NCBI GenBank assembly: GCA_963807605.1
Contig: CAWECG010000004.1
Coordinates: forward strand, 448,001-512,000
Origin: Candidatus Bathyarchaeota archaeon
GTDB taxonomy: Archaea; Thermoproteota; Bathyarchaeia; 40CM-2-53-6; RBG-13-38-9
DNA length: 64,000 bases
Direction: 5' to 3'
Within the stretch, counting starts at the first letter, position 1, and every line of letters begins with the position of its first letter. This document shows positions 43,330 to 54,754 of this stretch, one piece after another. The position numbers were made by a program, and so were the translations under genes. The notes beneath the pieces are model-generated. The model saw only the letters and a list, made by a program, of their open reading frames with translations. It searched no databases and was not told the DNA's origin.

Positions 43330-45187
43330 CTAGCTATCGATTGCGCGTTTCATTCTACGTCGCTTAACAAGGATAGTCCCTATTGTCACCAAACAAACTA
43401 TTGCCACAACTTCGACAACAGTGACCTGTGAGCTTGGAGGATTCGATTGCGCCTGCCCTGTCTTTTCTGTCTCCGGACTTGTCAACGGAAGTCTCTTAAA
43501 GTAGCCTGGGTTAGACTTCAGCCTCCAGAATTCTCCGGGTTTCTGTTCGGTTAGCATAAACGGCCCTGTCCCAACCATCTTCGTGAGTTCAGGTTTGAGT
43601 GGATTGGGTTCCCTGTCAGGCTGGAAGGTCCGCCAATCAGATACGTTCTTCCAGATGTGCTCAGGTAAAATTAGGATCCCGCCTGCATCTATCAGATTAA
43701 AGATGCTGGTTCCATTCATTATAATCTCAACAGTGTAAGGCGTCGGGTTGGAGACCTCTATGATTCTCTCTACTGTAGAAAGGAAGCTGGGGATCTTATT
43801 CTTCTTAACATATTCTATGGAAAATCTTACGTCACTAGATGTGAACGGCTCACCGTCCTGCCACGTGGCATTATGTACTAGGTTGAAGGTTATCCTCTGG
43901 CTTTTCTTGCCACTAGTGTCTACTGATGTGATATTCCAGTTCTCAGCGAGATAGGGTACCGGGTCGCCGGTCCCCGGGTCTGATGCAAGCAAGGAGTCAT
44001 AGATGAGAGTGATTATCTTTTGTTCATAGGCGCCAGTTCCGTAAAGTGGATTTAGCGTCCTCACCCTTCCCCCAAGGTCGACTTTGATTGATCCTCCGCG
44101 TTCTACGCCTGATTTGTGGAGATTTAGATAGGTCCAGAACGACCCAGAGGTGAAGTACCCAATTCCCGTCTGCTGGATCATGCCTTCCCACCCCTTTCTG
44201 TAGGCTTCAATCTCGTATCGTGAGTAGACGGGAACTCTAGCTGCCAAGTCAGCAATGATCGCCTGCGCTTGCCAGATCGCCGAGTTAGCCGCATCCTCTG
44301 TCGCAGACTCGAACCTGAATTTGTATAGGAGGTTATCAAGCTCAGGGTCTCTCACTCCAGGCGTATTATCACCGTCTGGAACATCCAGGCTAGAATCATA
44401 ATAGTCGTAGAGCCACCTCGGGAATCTCCCCAGGTTGGATACGCAGAGAAAGTACATATCAAAATTTCTCTCGGTCATAACCCTCGTTTGTAGCGCGTCG
44501 AAGGCGACACCCTCCTGATATACGTCGAAACCGATTTTCTGCATTTCTTCAACGATTAACCTTGCTATCTCGTAAGAGGTAGGTGCCTCTTCCTGAGTTG
44601 GGGAGAGGAAACTGATCCTGCCCAAAGGCTGTCCGTCGGGGCTCAATAGTTTTCCATCTTTAGACCAGCTGTACCCTGCGGCGGAGAGAATCTCTTTCGA
44701 CTTCGACGGATCATAAGGGTAGATGTCAACATTCGGATTGTGCCATTTGCCAAACGCTGGCGAGGTCTCATACAACATCGGAGTCACAATTATTCCTTCG
44801 AAAAGGTTGTCAGAGATTTCCTCCCTTGGCACCAAACAGGCTATGGCTTTCCTCAGTTGCTTATCACTCAACGGTGCCTTCCTTGTGTTGAAACCGACAT
44901 AACAATAGTGGGTCTGAGAAGTGCAAGTTATGTTTATGTTAGGATCTGCTGAGATATTCCGCGACGTCAGACGGCCGGGCAATGTCTGACAGAACATCGG
45001 TGTCCCCTTTTCGGATAGCTGCGACAGACGCCTCAGGAGTACCCTGATAGACAAACACAATCTCATCCAGTCTAGGACCATTGATCGGATAACTTAACGG
45101 TGCCTCACCCTTAGAAGGTACAACAGCCACGTAGAGGCTTTGAGTTAACAGTAGAATCAGAAAACAACCCGGAAGAAACTTAGACAA
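43330..45187 (-). pseudogene. peptide ABC transporter substrate-binding protein with a +1 frameshift at ~44960
   Basis: TTG start at 45187 with GAGGAGG SD and signal peptide; SBP_bac_5 motifs (WQDGEPFTSSDVRFS, GTGPF) in the second frame. Confidence 0.85.
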
Positions 45188-45261
45188 CCGTGTTCCCTCC
45201 TCATTTTGATCAATTATTGAAAACGGTTTCTTATCACTATCTATGCCTATATGCGCTTTAC

Positions 45262-46629
45262 ATTGAACTAGCAAGAAAACCCACCCTTCAGGAGTGGGAT
45301 GAATTGCGACCAGAGTGAGACGTTTGGGGCTTAAATGTCTGGTGTTTCAATAATAATGCTGGTAGTTTCATGCGGAGAACTAACACCTTCATCCTTGATT
45401 CAACGGTGGAGCAAGAGAGGATACTGAGGGATAGAGCTACCAACTGTGCTAAATTTTGGAATGAGGCAACCTACCGCAAAAAACAGGCATACATGAACTA
45501 TCAACCGATAGACTGGGAGTGCAAAGACCTCTATCAAAAGTACACACCACTAATCGATTCAGCGACAACACAACAAATACTCCGGAAGAGCAATGAGTCT
45601 TGGAGGAGCTTCTTTGCCCTCAAGAAGATGGAGCAAGAAGGTAAACTACCTCCAAACATTGAGAAAGTATGTATGCCTGGATACTGGAAGCGAGATGGAA
45701 AATACAGGCTAATGATGGTTCTGAGAAAAGACTGCTACAGTGTAAAGGATGAAGTAATGAGACTGCCAAAGAAGTTGAAGATACCCATCCGAGGCAAGCC
45801 GAGATGGAGTGGGAAGCAGGGAAAGGCCGAGGTCATCTATGATGAGGTTGATGGGAAGTGGCGTGTCTTTCAGGCAGTTAAGGTTAGGCCATTATTCAAG
45901 CCGAAAGGCTCCAAGACATGCTACATCGACATCGGTATCATTAACCTGTTCACCATTTGGCTTGAAGGATGGAGGCAACCAATAGCATTCAGCGGGAGAA
46001 ACCTCCTAGCAGTTTGGTGGTACTGGGTCGATAGAATAGCAGAATGCCAGAGCAGACTTGAAACAGTAAACGGCAAGAAGAGTTCAAAGCACCTCAGTAG
46101 ACTGTACAGGGTGAGGCAGCGGAGATTCCGACAGGCCATCAACACCATGATAAGAGTCATGGTAAGAGACCTCTACGATCTCGGTGTTTCAAAGATTGTG
46201 ATAGGAGACCTAACAGGCATCAGAGACGGCAACGATAAAGGAAAGAAGAGCAACTCGATGATCCACAACTTCTGGAGCTTCAAATACACTGTTCAAAGGC
46301 TAAGGTGTACAGCACAGGAATATGGCATCCGAATCAAAGAGGTTAGTGAATACAAGACCTCAAGTAGATGCATAAGATGCAGCTCAGAGAACATTGAGAG
46401 AAAAGGCAGACTCTTCAAGTGTCTAGAATGTGGATTGGAAGCTCATAGAGATGCTATTGGCGTCTTGAACATGGCGAACCTCTACGGAGGAACAGCTATC
46501 AGGGTGATGACACACCCTAACCTTCTAAAGTGGGATGGAATGAGGTGGCAGCCTAGAAGGGCAGTGACCCACCAACCAATGAACATGATAGAAGCTAGAA
46601 TCCCCTGTCTTTAGGCAGGGGAGTGTCAA
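45262..46629 (+). mobile_element. TnpB-only IS200/IS605 element 3 (target TTAC, right end TCAA)
   Basis: left end GCAAGAAAACCCAC..GTGGGATGAATTGCG shared with elements 1/2; right hairpin CCCCTGTCTTTAGGCAGGGG. Confidence 0.87.
45370..46614 (+). CDS. tnpB: TnpB of a different subclade
   Basis: YIDIG, VIGDL, Zn finger, HRDAIG. Confidence 0.92.
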   Translation: MRRTNTFILDSTVEQERILRDRATNCAKFWNEATYRKKQAYMNYQPIDWECKDLYQKYTPLIDSATTQQILRKSNESWRSFFALKKMEQEGKLPPNIEKVCMPGYWKRDGKYRLMMVLRKDCYSVKDEVMRLPKKLKIPIRGKPRWSGKQGKAEVIYDEVDGKWRVFQAVKVRPLFKPKGSKTCYIDIGIINLFTIWLEGWRQPIAFSGRNLLAVWWYWVDRIAECQSRLETVNGKKSSKHLSRLYRVRQRRFRQAINTMIRVMVRDLYDLGVSKIVIGDLTGIRDGNDKGKKSNSMIHNFWSFKYTVQRLRCTAQEYGIRIKEVSEYKTSSRCIRCSSENIERKGRLFKCLECGLEAHRDAIGVLNMANLYGGTAIRVMTHPNLLKWDGMRWQPRRAVTHQPMNMIEARIPCL

Positions 46630-46656
46630 AAGATCAAGATACAGAAGAAGACTAGG

Positions 46657-47631
46657 TTGTCTCGGAAGCCTCATTTAGACAAATTCCTCCTTGAAGTTGA
46701 CTCATTAAGAGTTAACTACTCCACAGAACGAACGATCGTGAAGGCAGTTGATGAAGTAACTTTCGGGGTTCCTAGCGGTGAGGCCTTTGGTTTAGCTGGC
46801 GAATCGGGTTCAGGAAAATCAACAATTGCCCAGACCGTACTCAAGCTCTTGCCGACAAACGCGAAGATCGAGGCGGGAAGGATCATCTTCGATGGGGCAG
46901 AAATCCTGAAGATGAACGATGAAGAATTTAGGACCAAATATAGGTGGAAACGCATCTCAACGGTGCCGCAGGCAGCTATGAACGCCCTAACACCGGTTCA
47001 CAGGATCAATAGACAGATAGCTGAGGCTATTACCACGCATGAGCACGTGAACACCGTCGAGGCGCTTTCAAGAGCCAGCGAACTTCTAGAAATGGTAGGG
47101 ATACGAAAGGAAAGGGGTTCAGACTACCCACACCAATTCAGTGGCGGCATGAAACAGAGGGCTGTGATTGCTATGGCCTTGGCCTGCAACCCAAGCCTTC
47201 TTGTCGCGGACGAACCCACCACAGGACTCGACGTCATAACTCAGGCAGAAATTCTTCAGCTCCTGGAAGACCTGAAGTCAAGGCTGGGGCTATCACTCAT
47301 CTTCATAACCCATGACCTGTCGATCCTCCCAAACCTCTGCGATAAGATAGGGATAATGTACATGGGAAAGATGGTTGAACAAGGAGATTCAAATTCATTA
47401 TTCATCAATCCAACCCACCCGTATACAAGAGCGCTCCTAGCTTCCTTCCCCGATATTGAGAATAGCAAAGAGAGGCTGAGAACGATGCCAGACCCCCTTC
47501 CTCCGGTAAGAGAGGCACAAACTGGATGTCGATTCTCCCCAAGATGTGAATTCAGATTTGACCAATGTCAAAAGGAGCCGCAGCCACGTGAGATTGCGGA
47601 AGACCACTTCGTCTTATGCCACCTAGCCTGA
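46657..47631 (+). CDS. peptide ABC ATPase (DppD-like)
   Basis: GESGSGKS, YPHQFSGG, HPYT, C-terminal Cys motif. Confidence 0.94.
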   Translation: MSRKPHLDKFLLEVDSLRVNYSTERTIVKAVDEVTFGVPSGEAFGLAGESGSGKSTIAQTVLKLLPTNAKIEAGRIIFDGAEILKMNDEEFRTKYRWKRISTVPQAAMNALTPVHRINRQIAEAITTHEHVNTVEALSRASELLEMVGIRKERGSDYPHQFSGGMKQRAVIAMALACNPSLLVADEPTTGLDVITQAEILQLLEDLKSRLGLSLIFITHDLSILPNLCDKIGIMYMGKMVEQGDSNSLFINPTHPYTRALLASFPDIENSKERLRTMPDPLPPVREAQTGCRFSPRCEFRFDQCQKEPQPREIAEDHFVLCHLA

Positions 47632-47644
47632 AGGCTCTGAATCT

Positions 47645-48466
47645 ATGTCGACAGTTATGATCAAAGTCCTGAACCTCAGGAAGTCTTTCCGGAAAACGGG
47701 AACCCTACTCGAGACAATGAGGGGCAAGACTGAGTATGTCAAGGCTGTCGACGATGTCACGTTTGAGATTCCTAGAGGAGAGATTCTAGGACTGGTAGGT
47801 GAGAGCGGGAGTGGTAAGACCACTCTGGGCAGAACAATACTTAGACTTGAGGAACCTGACAGTGGACACGTCTACCTCGATGGATTGGACTTTACGTCGG
47901 TAAAAGACTGGCATACGATGAAAGATTTTAGACGAAGAATGCAGATGGTCTTTCAGGATCCCTTTGAATCAATCAACCCGAGAATGAAGGTCAAAGATGT
48001 GGTAGAAGAGCCTCTGCATGTTCACGGCATTGGAACAGCAGAGAAAGAGAGAGTTCGACTCATCACCGAGACCTTAAGAGATGTCAAGATTACTCCACCT
48101 GAAGATTTTCTCGACAGATATCCTCACGAGCTAAGTGGCGGCCAGAGGCAGAGGGTCGCCTTGGCAAGGACCTTGGTACTCAAGCCCAGCTTTATCGTAG
48201 CCGATGAACCAGTCTCAATGCTTGATGTATCGGTGAGGACAGACTTGCTCAACCTGATGCTTGATCTCAAGAAGAGGTACAACCTAACTTATCTATTCAT
48301 AACGCATGATCTCGCCGTTGCGAAGTATATCTGCGATAGGATCGCAGTCATGCAGTTCGGGAAGATTGTTGAATCGGGTCCCGCACTTGATGTAATACAC
48401 AACCCGCAACATCCATATACAAAAGCGCTCAGAGCTGCCGTACCCGTCATAAAACACTATTCGTAG
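47645..48466 (+). CDS. peptide ABC ATPase (DppF-like)
   Basis: GESGSGKT, QMVFQDP, YPHELSGGQRQR. Confidence 0.94.
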   Translation: MSTVMIKVLNLRKSFRKTGTLLETMRGKTEYVKAVDDVTFEIPRGEILGLVGESGSGKTTLGRTILRLEEPDSGHVYLDGLDFTSVKDWHTMKDFRRRMQMVFQDPFESINPRMKVKDVVEEPLHVHGIGTAEKERVRLITETLRDVKITPPEDFLDRYPHELSGGQRQRVALARTLVLKPSFIVADEPVSMLDVSVRTDLLNLMLDLKKRYNLTYLFITHDLAVAKYICDRIAVMQFGKIVESGPALDVIHNPQHPYTKALRAAVPVIKHYS

Positions 48467-48570
48467 ACGAGCAGTAGCTGATTTAATCTAGGCTGAGCAA
48501 TTTCTAGGCGTATTGAGAAAGTGTTCCATGGGGTCAAGGCAAATCAAGGCTTATTAGATCATGCTCGTTT

Positions 48571-50043
48571 ATGACGGAGAGCATGGCTTCGCGGACGACT
48601 TCCACAAACGCAAATGAGGCGAAGATTGCAGTCAGGAAGCTCTTTGAGCCGGAAAGCGTTGCAGTTGTAGGAGCATCAGACGACCCAGCGAAATTCGGGT
48701 ACCTCCTGATGAGTAACCTCATCGACCTGGGTTATAGTGGAAGGATCTATCCGGTGAATAGGAATAGAGAGTCCGTTCTTGGAATGAAATGCTACCCTTC
48801 AGTCAGCGTAATCTCGCATAGTATTGACACTGTGATAATCATAGTTCCAGCCCAATATGTACCGCAAATAATTAAGGAGTGCGCGGAGAAAAACGTGAAG
48901 GGCGCAATAGTCTGTACATCAGGTTTCAAAGAGGCAGGCGAGAGAGGAGCAGAACTTGAAAGGAAGATGCTCGAAATTGCCAAGGCAGGCAGGGTCAGAA
49001 TTGTAGGACCCAACACGACAGGCTTGCTAAATGTATACAGTGGATTCACATCAGCATTCGTCAAGATATCAAGACCCAGAAGAGGCAACGTATCGATAAT
49101 CTCACAGACGGGCATGTTCGCCTCAGTTCTCTTGGAGCACATTCTTTCAACACAACCTTATGGTCTAAGCAAGGTCGCAGGTCTGGGTAACAAGGCGGAC
49201 CTCGACGACGCTGACATTCTTGAGTATTATGATGACGACCCAAATACGAAAGTCATCGCCATCTACGCTGAAGGGATAAAAAATGGGAGAAGATTTCTTG
49301 AGGTAGCTAGAAGGGTCGCCAAAAGGAAGCCGATACTTATACTGAAATCTGCGCGATCTCAATCAGGCGGAAAGGCAGCGCTTACTCATACAGGCTCGCT
49401 AATGGTGAGAGACGAGATCTTCGAGGCAGTTTGCAAGAGCGCAGGTCTCATGCGGGTGGAGGACATTGAGGAATTACTTGACCTCATTAAAGCATTCGCG
49501 CTACTTCCCCAACCCAAAGGTGACGGAGTGGGGGTGATAGCCTACACAGGCGCTGGCTGCGTGATGAGTGCTGATGCAGTTGAGAAGTACGGTCTTCGCT
49601 TAGCTAAACTCTCAGCGGAGAGTATGGAGAAACTGACACGTTACACGCCTGAGTTCGGCATAGTATCCAACCCGCTCGACGCAGAACTTGTCCGCCAAGG
49701 CATCGGGAGTACTGAAGGCTCACTTACTCTCGCTCTGGAAACCTATCTGACAGATCCAAACGTGGACATGTTATCACTGGTAATGGTCGGCCTCACGAAA
49801 GAGAGCAAGATATGGGATGTAGACGTCAGGAAGGTCTTCTCGAGCATCAAGGAGAAATTCCCAGATAAGCCAATCGTGGTGACAAATCTTGCTTCGAGAG
49901 AGATTATTGAGGAATACCGTGAGACACTCGAGGAACTTGGGATCCCCACATTTCCCTCCCTTCTCAGGAATATTCGTGCTCTAAACGCGCTTAGGAGGTA
50001 TTACGGGAGAGCCTCTCCTTCGCAAGAAGAACTCTCGAGTTAG
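48571..50043 (+). CDS. acyl-CoA synthetase (NDP-forming) alpha subunit
   Basis: SVAVVGAS, GPN, SQTG, GLGNKAD, HTGSL. Confidence 0.9.
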   Translation: MTESMASRTTSTNANEAKIAVRKLFEPESVAVVGASDDPAKFGYLLMSNLIDLGYSGRIYPVNRNRESVLGMKCYPSVSVISHSIDTVIIIVPAQYVPQIIKECAEKNVKGAIVCTSGFKEAGERGAELERKMLEIAKAGRVRIVGPNTTGLLNVYSGFTSAFVKISRPRRGNVSIISQTGMFASVLLEHILSTQPYGLSKVAGLGNKADLDDADILEYYDDDPNTKVIAIYAEGIKNGRRFLEVARRVAKRKPILILKSARSQSGGKAALTHTGSLMVRDEIFEAVCKSAGLMRVEDIEELLDLIKAFALLPQPKGDGVGVIAYTGAGCVMSADAVEKYGLRLAKLSAESMEKLTRYTPEFGIVSNPLDAELVRQGIGSTEGSLTLALETYLTDPNVDMLSLVMVGLTKESKIWDVDVRKVFSSIKEKFPDKPIVVTNLASREIIEEYRETLEELGIPTFPSLLRNIRALNALRRYYGRASPSQEELSS

Positions 50044-50056
50044 GGAAGGTGGAAAC

Positions 50057-51229
50057 TTGTCCAAACCTCTTGAGGGAGTTGGCATTCTTGATCTATCGCG
50101 CCTGAACCCCGGTGGTTACTGCACCATGATCTTAGCAGACCTTGGGGCTGAAGTCCTCAAGATCGAGCAACCAGGCGTCGGAGACTACATGAGAACCACT
50201 CCGCCTCTGATCGGTAGCCAAAGTGCAATGTTCCTTACATTAAACCGGAACAAGAAAAGCCTCACCCTGAACCTCAAGTCTGAGAAGGGCAGAGCGATCC
50301 TCTACAAACTGCTGAACAAATATGACATCGTGGTGGAGAGTTTCAGACCTGGGGTGATGAAGAAACTTGCGGTTGATTATGAGACCCTGAAGAAGATCAA
50401 TCCGAGAGTGATCTACTGCCCAATAACGGGATTCGGCCAAGACGGGCCCTATAGAGATCTAGTTGGACACGACATAAACTACCTCGCACTTGCTGGAGTC
50501 CTGAGTCTGACGGGTGAAGAGGACGGCCCACCAATAGTCCCAGGAATACCTATCGCAGACATAGCGGGCAGCATGTTCGCAACGATAGGCATACTCGCGG
50601 CCCTAAGTTCAAGAGAAAAGACCGGGCGCGGCCAGCTTGTTGACATCTCGATGTTTGATGGAATGGTCTCATGGTTGACTATACAAGCGGCAAGATATAT
50701 TGGCGAAGGCAAGCCCCCTGAGAGGGGGACCTTTCCAGCAGGCGGAGAACTGTTCTATGACGTGTACGAGACGAAGGACGACAGATACATCGCGGTGGGG
50801 GCGGTTGAAGAAAAATTCTGGCAGAACCTCTGTCAAGCCATCGGTACAACAGAGCTAATGCAGTACAGACCTTTCAAGGATCGGAAGACAAAGGAGGCTC
50901 ACGAGAGGCTATCACGCGTATTCAAGACCAAAACGAGGGATGAGTGGTTCAGCCTTCTGGGGAATAAAGAAGTATGCGTCACACCTGTTAAAACCCTTGA
51001 TGAGGTCTTCTCGGATCCCCACGTGCAATACCGGAAACTTGTCTTCGACTTGAATTGCCCCGGGTCCGGATTGGTCAAACAGCTTGCCCTTCCAATAAAG
51101 TTTAGCGAAACACAGCCAGTTCTGAAGAGCCCACCTCCCACACTGGGTGAACACACGGAGTTAATCCTGGATGAACTAGGCTACACGCACACTCAAATTG
51201 AACAACTAAGAAAGGAAGGCGTAATCTGA
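50057..51229 (+). CDS. CaiB/BaiF family III CoA-transferase
   Basis: LADLGAEV, NRNKKS, GFGQDGP, GHDINY, AD. Confidence 0.94.
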   Translation: MSKPLEGVGILDLSRLNPGGYCTMILADLGAEVLKIEQPGVGDYMRTTPPLIGSQSAMFLTLNRNKKSLTLNLKSEKGRAILYKLLNKYDIVVESFRPGVMKKLAVDYETLKKINPRVIYCPITGFGQDGPYRDLVGHDINYLALAGVLSLTGEEDGPPIVPGIPIADIAGSMFATIGILAALSSREKTGRGQLVDISMFDGMVSWLTIQAARYIGEGKPPERGTFPAGGELFYDVYETKDDRYIAVGAVEEKFWQNLCQAIGTTELMQYRPFKDRKTKEAHERLSRVFKTKTRDEWFSLLGNKEVCVTPVKTLDEVFSDPHVQYRKLVFDLNCPGSGLVKQLALPIKFSETQPVLKSPPPTLGEHTELILDELGYTHTQIEQLRKEGVI

Positions 51230-51778
51230 CTAAGCTGTGACGATGCTCATATGGTTGTGAAGAAGGTTTCTAAGCAGATTCCAATCGAGGTCGGTCTCAA
51301 GGCATCCATCTCTTAACAGGGGTAATCCCTGACCTACTATTCCAAACTTCTCACAAACGAAGCTCCCCATTACAAGCTCCTTTAAACAGCCCGCAACGAG
51401 ACAGACTCTAGGCTTCAGCCTGATGAGAGCTTTTGGAACTATGCTCCCACCAGAGATTATCATGGCTTTTTTGTACCCTAAGGCTTCAGCCTCTCCGATG
51501 AGCAAACCGAGTTTGCACCTTCCACAATTGACACACTGATAACCATACTCACTTGACTTTGCAGGACAGTCTCTTGACCTAAGACACTGGGGCAGAAGCA
51601 ATATCCTCTCTGAATAGAGAGTCTTGGTGAATCTGTCTCGCCCCGCGTTATTCTTCGCCTCTACGTAGAGCTGTAAAACCCTTTCCTCGTCTACCCCCAT
51701 CCTTGTTGCAATTCTCTCAAATCTGCTGAGAGCTATCTCACTAAGCCTCAACTTTGCGAGCTTCTCAATAGCACGCAT
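51230..51778 (-). CDS. DUF116 protein
   Basis: LPQCLR..CPA....C..CG.C, GGS, GC. Confidence 0.85.
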   Translation of the reverse strand: MRAIEKLAKLRLSEIALSRFERIATRMGVDEERVLQLYVEAKNNAGRDRFTKTLYSERILLLPQCLRSRDCPAKSSEYGYQCVNCGRCKLGLLIGEAEALGYKKAMIISGGSIVPKALIRLKPRVCLVAGCLKELVMGSFVCEKFGIVGQGLPLLRDGCLETDLDWNLLRNLLHNHMSIVTA

Positions 51779-52010
51779 CAGAGTGCTTTCTCGATTCAGT
51801 AATCATCATCCTCTTGCTCATTCTTCGCTACTGCTGATTCATCCATCTTGTCCGGACTGAAAATGGACATCTACGCTGAGATAGAGGTGCGATCCTAATA
51901 GGCTTTGAGAGAAACGTCCTTTCTCCAACCCTATGACAACTGTTATAGCACGCACTGCGCTAGATCGGAGAGCTAGAGACTCGAACTCGAAGCAAAGGAT
52001 CCTCTCTGGT

Positions 52011-52262
52011 TCAACATCCTCCGTACCACTCCTTACTCTTCTCCGATTTGCCGAACCTAGAAACAAGTACTATACTTATCAAACCTCCAATGTATAGTGG
52101 AGCGACAACCAGAGCGAAGTAAAAGCTTCCTTGAAGAAGTACAACAACCAAGAGAATAGAAACGCACCAAACGGCTACGTTACCAAACACTACTGCTCCG
52201 TGACATCCTCCCACGGCTAAAGCCGTGGGTTTTCTTGCGCATTTTCTATAACTCAATTTCAA
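52011..52262 (-). CDS. small membrane protein carrying an in-frame 16-aa transposon scar
   Basis: two TM helices; RKCARKPTALAVGGCH is encoded by the solo hairpin. Confidence 0.5.
   Translation of the reverse strand: MKLSYRKCARKPTALAVGGCHGAVVFGNVAVWCVSILLVVVLLQGSFYFALVVAPLYIGGLISIVLVSRFGKSEKSKEWYGGC
52200..52247 (-). mobile_element. 48-bp solo-hairpin derivative of the element 1/2 family (fused left and right ends)
   Basis: left-end flank + CCCACGGCTTTAGCCGTGGG + GAGGATGTCAC, preceded by TTAT. Confidence 0.85.
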
Positions 52263-52296
52263 TGTTTATCGCTAGTTCACAAATTGGGATAGATAT

Positions 52297-53641
52297 GTGA
52301 ACTTACCCACCCCTGAAGGGTGTGGGCTTCTCCCCTTGCGGATAGAGAAGTTCCTGCTTCAGCGACGAAACATGCCCACTAATAATAGTGGGCACAGGCT
52401 TCATTTCCACAGGCGTGCATTCGGATGGTTCCCACCCTATTCTTTCCAGTCCTAAACGCCTTATATTGAGTGATGCATTGAAGTCTCTATCAATCTTTAG
52501 TCCACAATGGGGACACTTGTGTATCCTCACTGCAAGAGGTTTAGGAACCTTAGCGCCACATCCGCTGCAATCCTGGCTGGTGTTCTGGGGTGGTACTTGG
52601 ATTCGTAGTTTACAGGCGGTTTCAGCCTTGTACCCTACCATCATTCCAAATCTTCCCCATGAAGCATCAGCCATATTCTTGGCATTAGGGATCTCCTGCA
52701 TCAAATCCTGAATATTCAGATCTTCCATGCAGATTACATCGTGTTTGTCAACGTAGTATCTTGAGAGTTTGTGTAAGAAGTCATTTCTGCAATTTGTTAT
52801 GTCCTCATGGATTGATGCAACCTTGACCTTCTGCTTCATCCTGTTTCTTGATTCCTTCTTCTTTCTTGATAGTCGCCTCTGCTCTCTTTGGAGTCTCTTC
52901 AGTTTTTTGTTGATGTTATGTGGATGAGGGGTCACTCTTCCATTAGAATCGTAGGCATAGTTTACTATGCCACATCTATCCCAACAGTTTTGCTATTGTC
53001 CGCTGGCTCAGTATTTATCGGATGGTCGTATTCAATGGAGGTTATTGCATACCAATTGTTGTTTGCAGAATGTTTTATGATAACCTGTTTGATCTCACCA
53101 TCAATCTCTCTATGCAGTCTGACTGGAATTTCTCCTATCTTGCTGAGGTGGAGTAATCCCATCTGTCGTATCTGCTTGGCACCATGCTTGATTAAGAATC
53201 CAGATTGGTTGTAGATGAAGGCCTTGAACCATCCACGTCCCTTGAATCTTAGCCTCCCAACCTTCCTGCCTTTCTTCTTCATCTGTGAGAGTGCCCTGAG
53301 ATTAGAGTACAGCTGGTAGAGGACGTATTGCCGTGTCTTTGAGTGTAGCTTCTCAAGCTCAGGCTTGTATTTGCATAGGGCAGGGATCATCTCTTGTAGA
53401 AGTATCCTGTCTGGCGTCTTTACACTGCACCTAACTATTCCCAAGAAGTAGTTGTAGAGCCACCGGCAAAGCTCAAGGATTGCAGACATCTCCTCCTCTT
53501 GTTCCCTTGTTGGGTAAAGCCTATAGCGCACTGAAGACTGCATTGTACTCACTATATTTTTTGTAAACTCCGCTTATAATGCTGATACCAGTTCGCTTTC
53601 ATCCCACCCCTAAAGGGTGGGGGATTTCCCGCTCACCTTTT
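52297..53641 (-). mobile_element. TnpB-only IS element 4 (target TTAA, right end TTCAC)
   Basis: near-identical to elements 5 and 6. Confidence 0.9.
52303..53552 (-). pseudogene. tnpB: TnpB with a 1-bp deletion at ~52972 (RuvC-I)
   Basis: GCCACATC versus GCCAACATC in copies 5 and 6. Confidence 0.88.
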
Positions 53642-53783
53642 TTAATGCTTAGTGCACGATGATCGGTCCTGCAGCGGTTAAGTCTGTCTCCGCGCAGGCA
53701 AGACCAGTCATATGGCGGGAGCCAAATACCGGATGTGCGAAGAAGATATCTATTTGAACATGGGAACAGTGGTTGAGTAGACT

Positions 53784-54191
53784 GTGTTCAAACTTGACAT
53801 TGAAGAGGCTCTGAAAACTGCATCTGCCACAATACTCATCCTAGTCTTCGCCGCATCATTCCACCAGAACGCCCCACAAGCACCTAGACCCACCCCTGAT
53901 AAGTCCATGAGGTTGATCATCTTTCCTGCTAGGCCAATCCACGTAGCCATTCGGAGAAATACGACGATTCTTGATTTTGATTCTAACTACAACATAATCC
54001 AAAACAGACACACCACAATCGAATTAGCACTTAACGAGAAGAGCTCCGCTCTTTTGAGAGTATCAAAACCGGCGGACTTAATCTGGGGCAGGGATCTGGC
54101 AATTAGGCTACAGAATGGGCGAGCTGACTTGCTCTTGGTAGCGAGGAGGCAAGAATGCGCAGTAGACCTGGGGGGAGAAACTATCAGTTGA
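53784..54191 (+). CDS. hypothetical protein with N-terminal TM
   Basis: ORF with TTGA overlap to the next gene. Confidence 0.5.
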   Translation: MFKLDIEEALKTASATILILVFAASFHQNAPQAPRPTPDKSMRLIIFPARPIHVAIRRNTTILDFDSNYNIIQNRHTTIELALNEKSSALLRVSKPADLIWGRDLAIRLQNGRADLLLVARRQECAVDLGGETIS

Positions 54192-54754
54192 GTCACGAAG
54201 ACACCATAAGGAAGCTAGCGGAGATGAAGGCGTACGTTGAGAAAAAAGTCTCAGAGCTAAACCAAGAGAGTGCTGCGCTGAGTTCCTTCTTGGAGGTAAT
54301 TGATGATCTACTGGCCGAAAGAAGTTTTAGAAGAATAGACATTTCCAAAGAGCACTTAGAGCCTGTAACCCCTCAACATCTCAATCGAGAAAAGGCACCT
54401 ACTCACGAGACCACGATTCTCGCAGCAGAAGGAGCTCAACTCGGAGAAATACATATTGAAGATGACAATGTAACCCTGATTCCGCGTGAGGATATCAAGT
54501 TCGACGTGAACTCTCCACCCCTCCGAGCATTCCTGCTCGCCAGAGTCCTGGAGCCCATGAGAGTCAAAGATGCCGAGTTAGTTAAAGAAGGAAGGCTGCA
54601 GCAAGGAAAGGCACTCACCTATGCAATTGACCAAGACAAAGGAATTCTGCGATCATTAGTCGTCCATAATTTTGGTGATGAAAAAAGACTTTCAGAACTC
54701 AGAAATGCCTTTCGCTGGACATTCAGGAGAATGTATGAGAAAAGCGCTAAATAA
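54188..54754 (+). CDS. conserved-looking hypothetical protein (N-terminal coiled coil)
   Basis: TTG start with GGAG SD; SPPLRAFL, WTFRRMYEK. Confidence 0.7.
   Translation: MSHEDTIRKLAEMKAYVEKKVSELNQESAALSSFLEVIDDLLAERSFRRIDISKEHLEPVTPQHLNREKAPTHETTILAAEGAQLGEIHIEDDNVTLIPREDIKFDVNSPPLRAFLLARVLEPMRVKDAELVKEGRLQQGKALTYAIDQDKGILRSLVVHNFGDEKRLSELRNAFRWTFRRMYEKSAK

Noticed and set aside
45370-46614. Cas12f effector
   Set aside because: Flanked by IS200/IS605 hairpin ends with no array; it is a TnpB.
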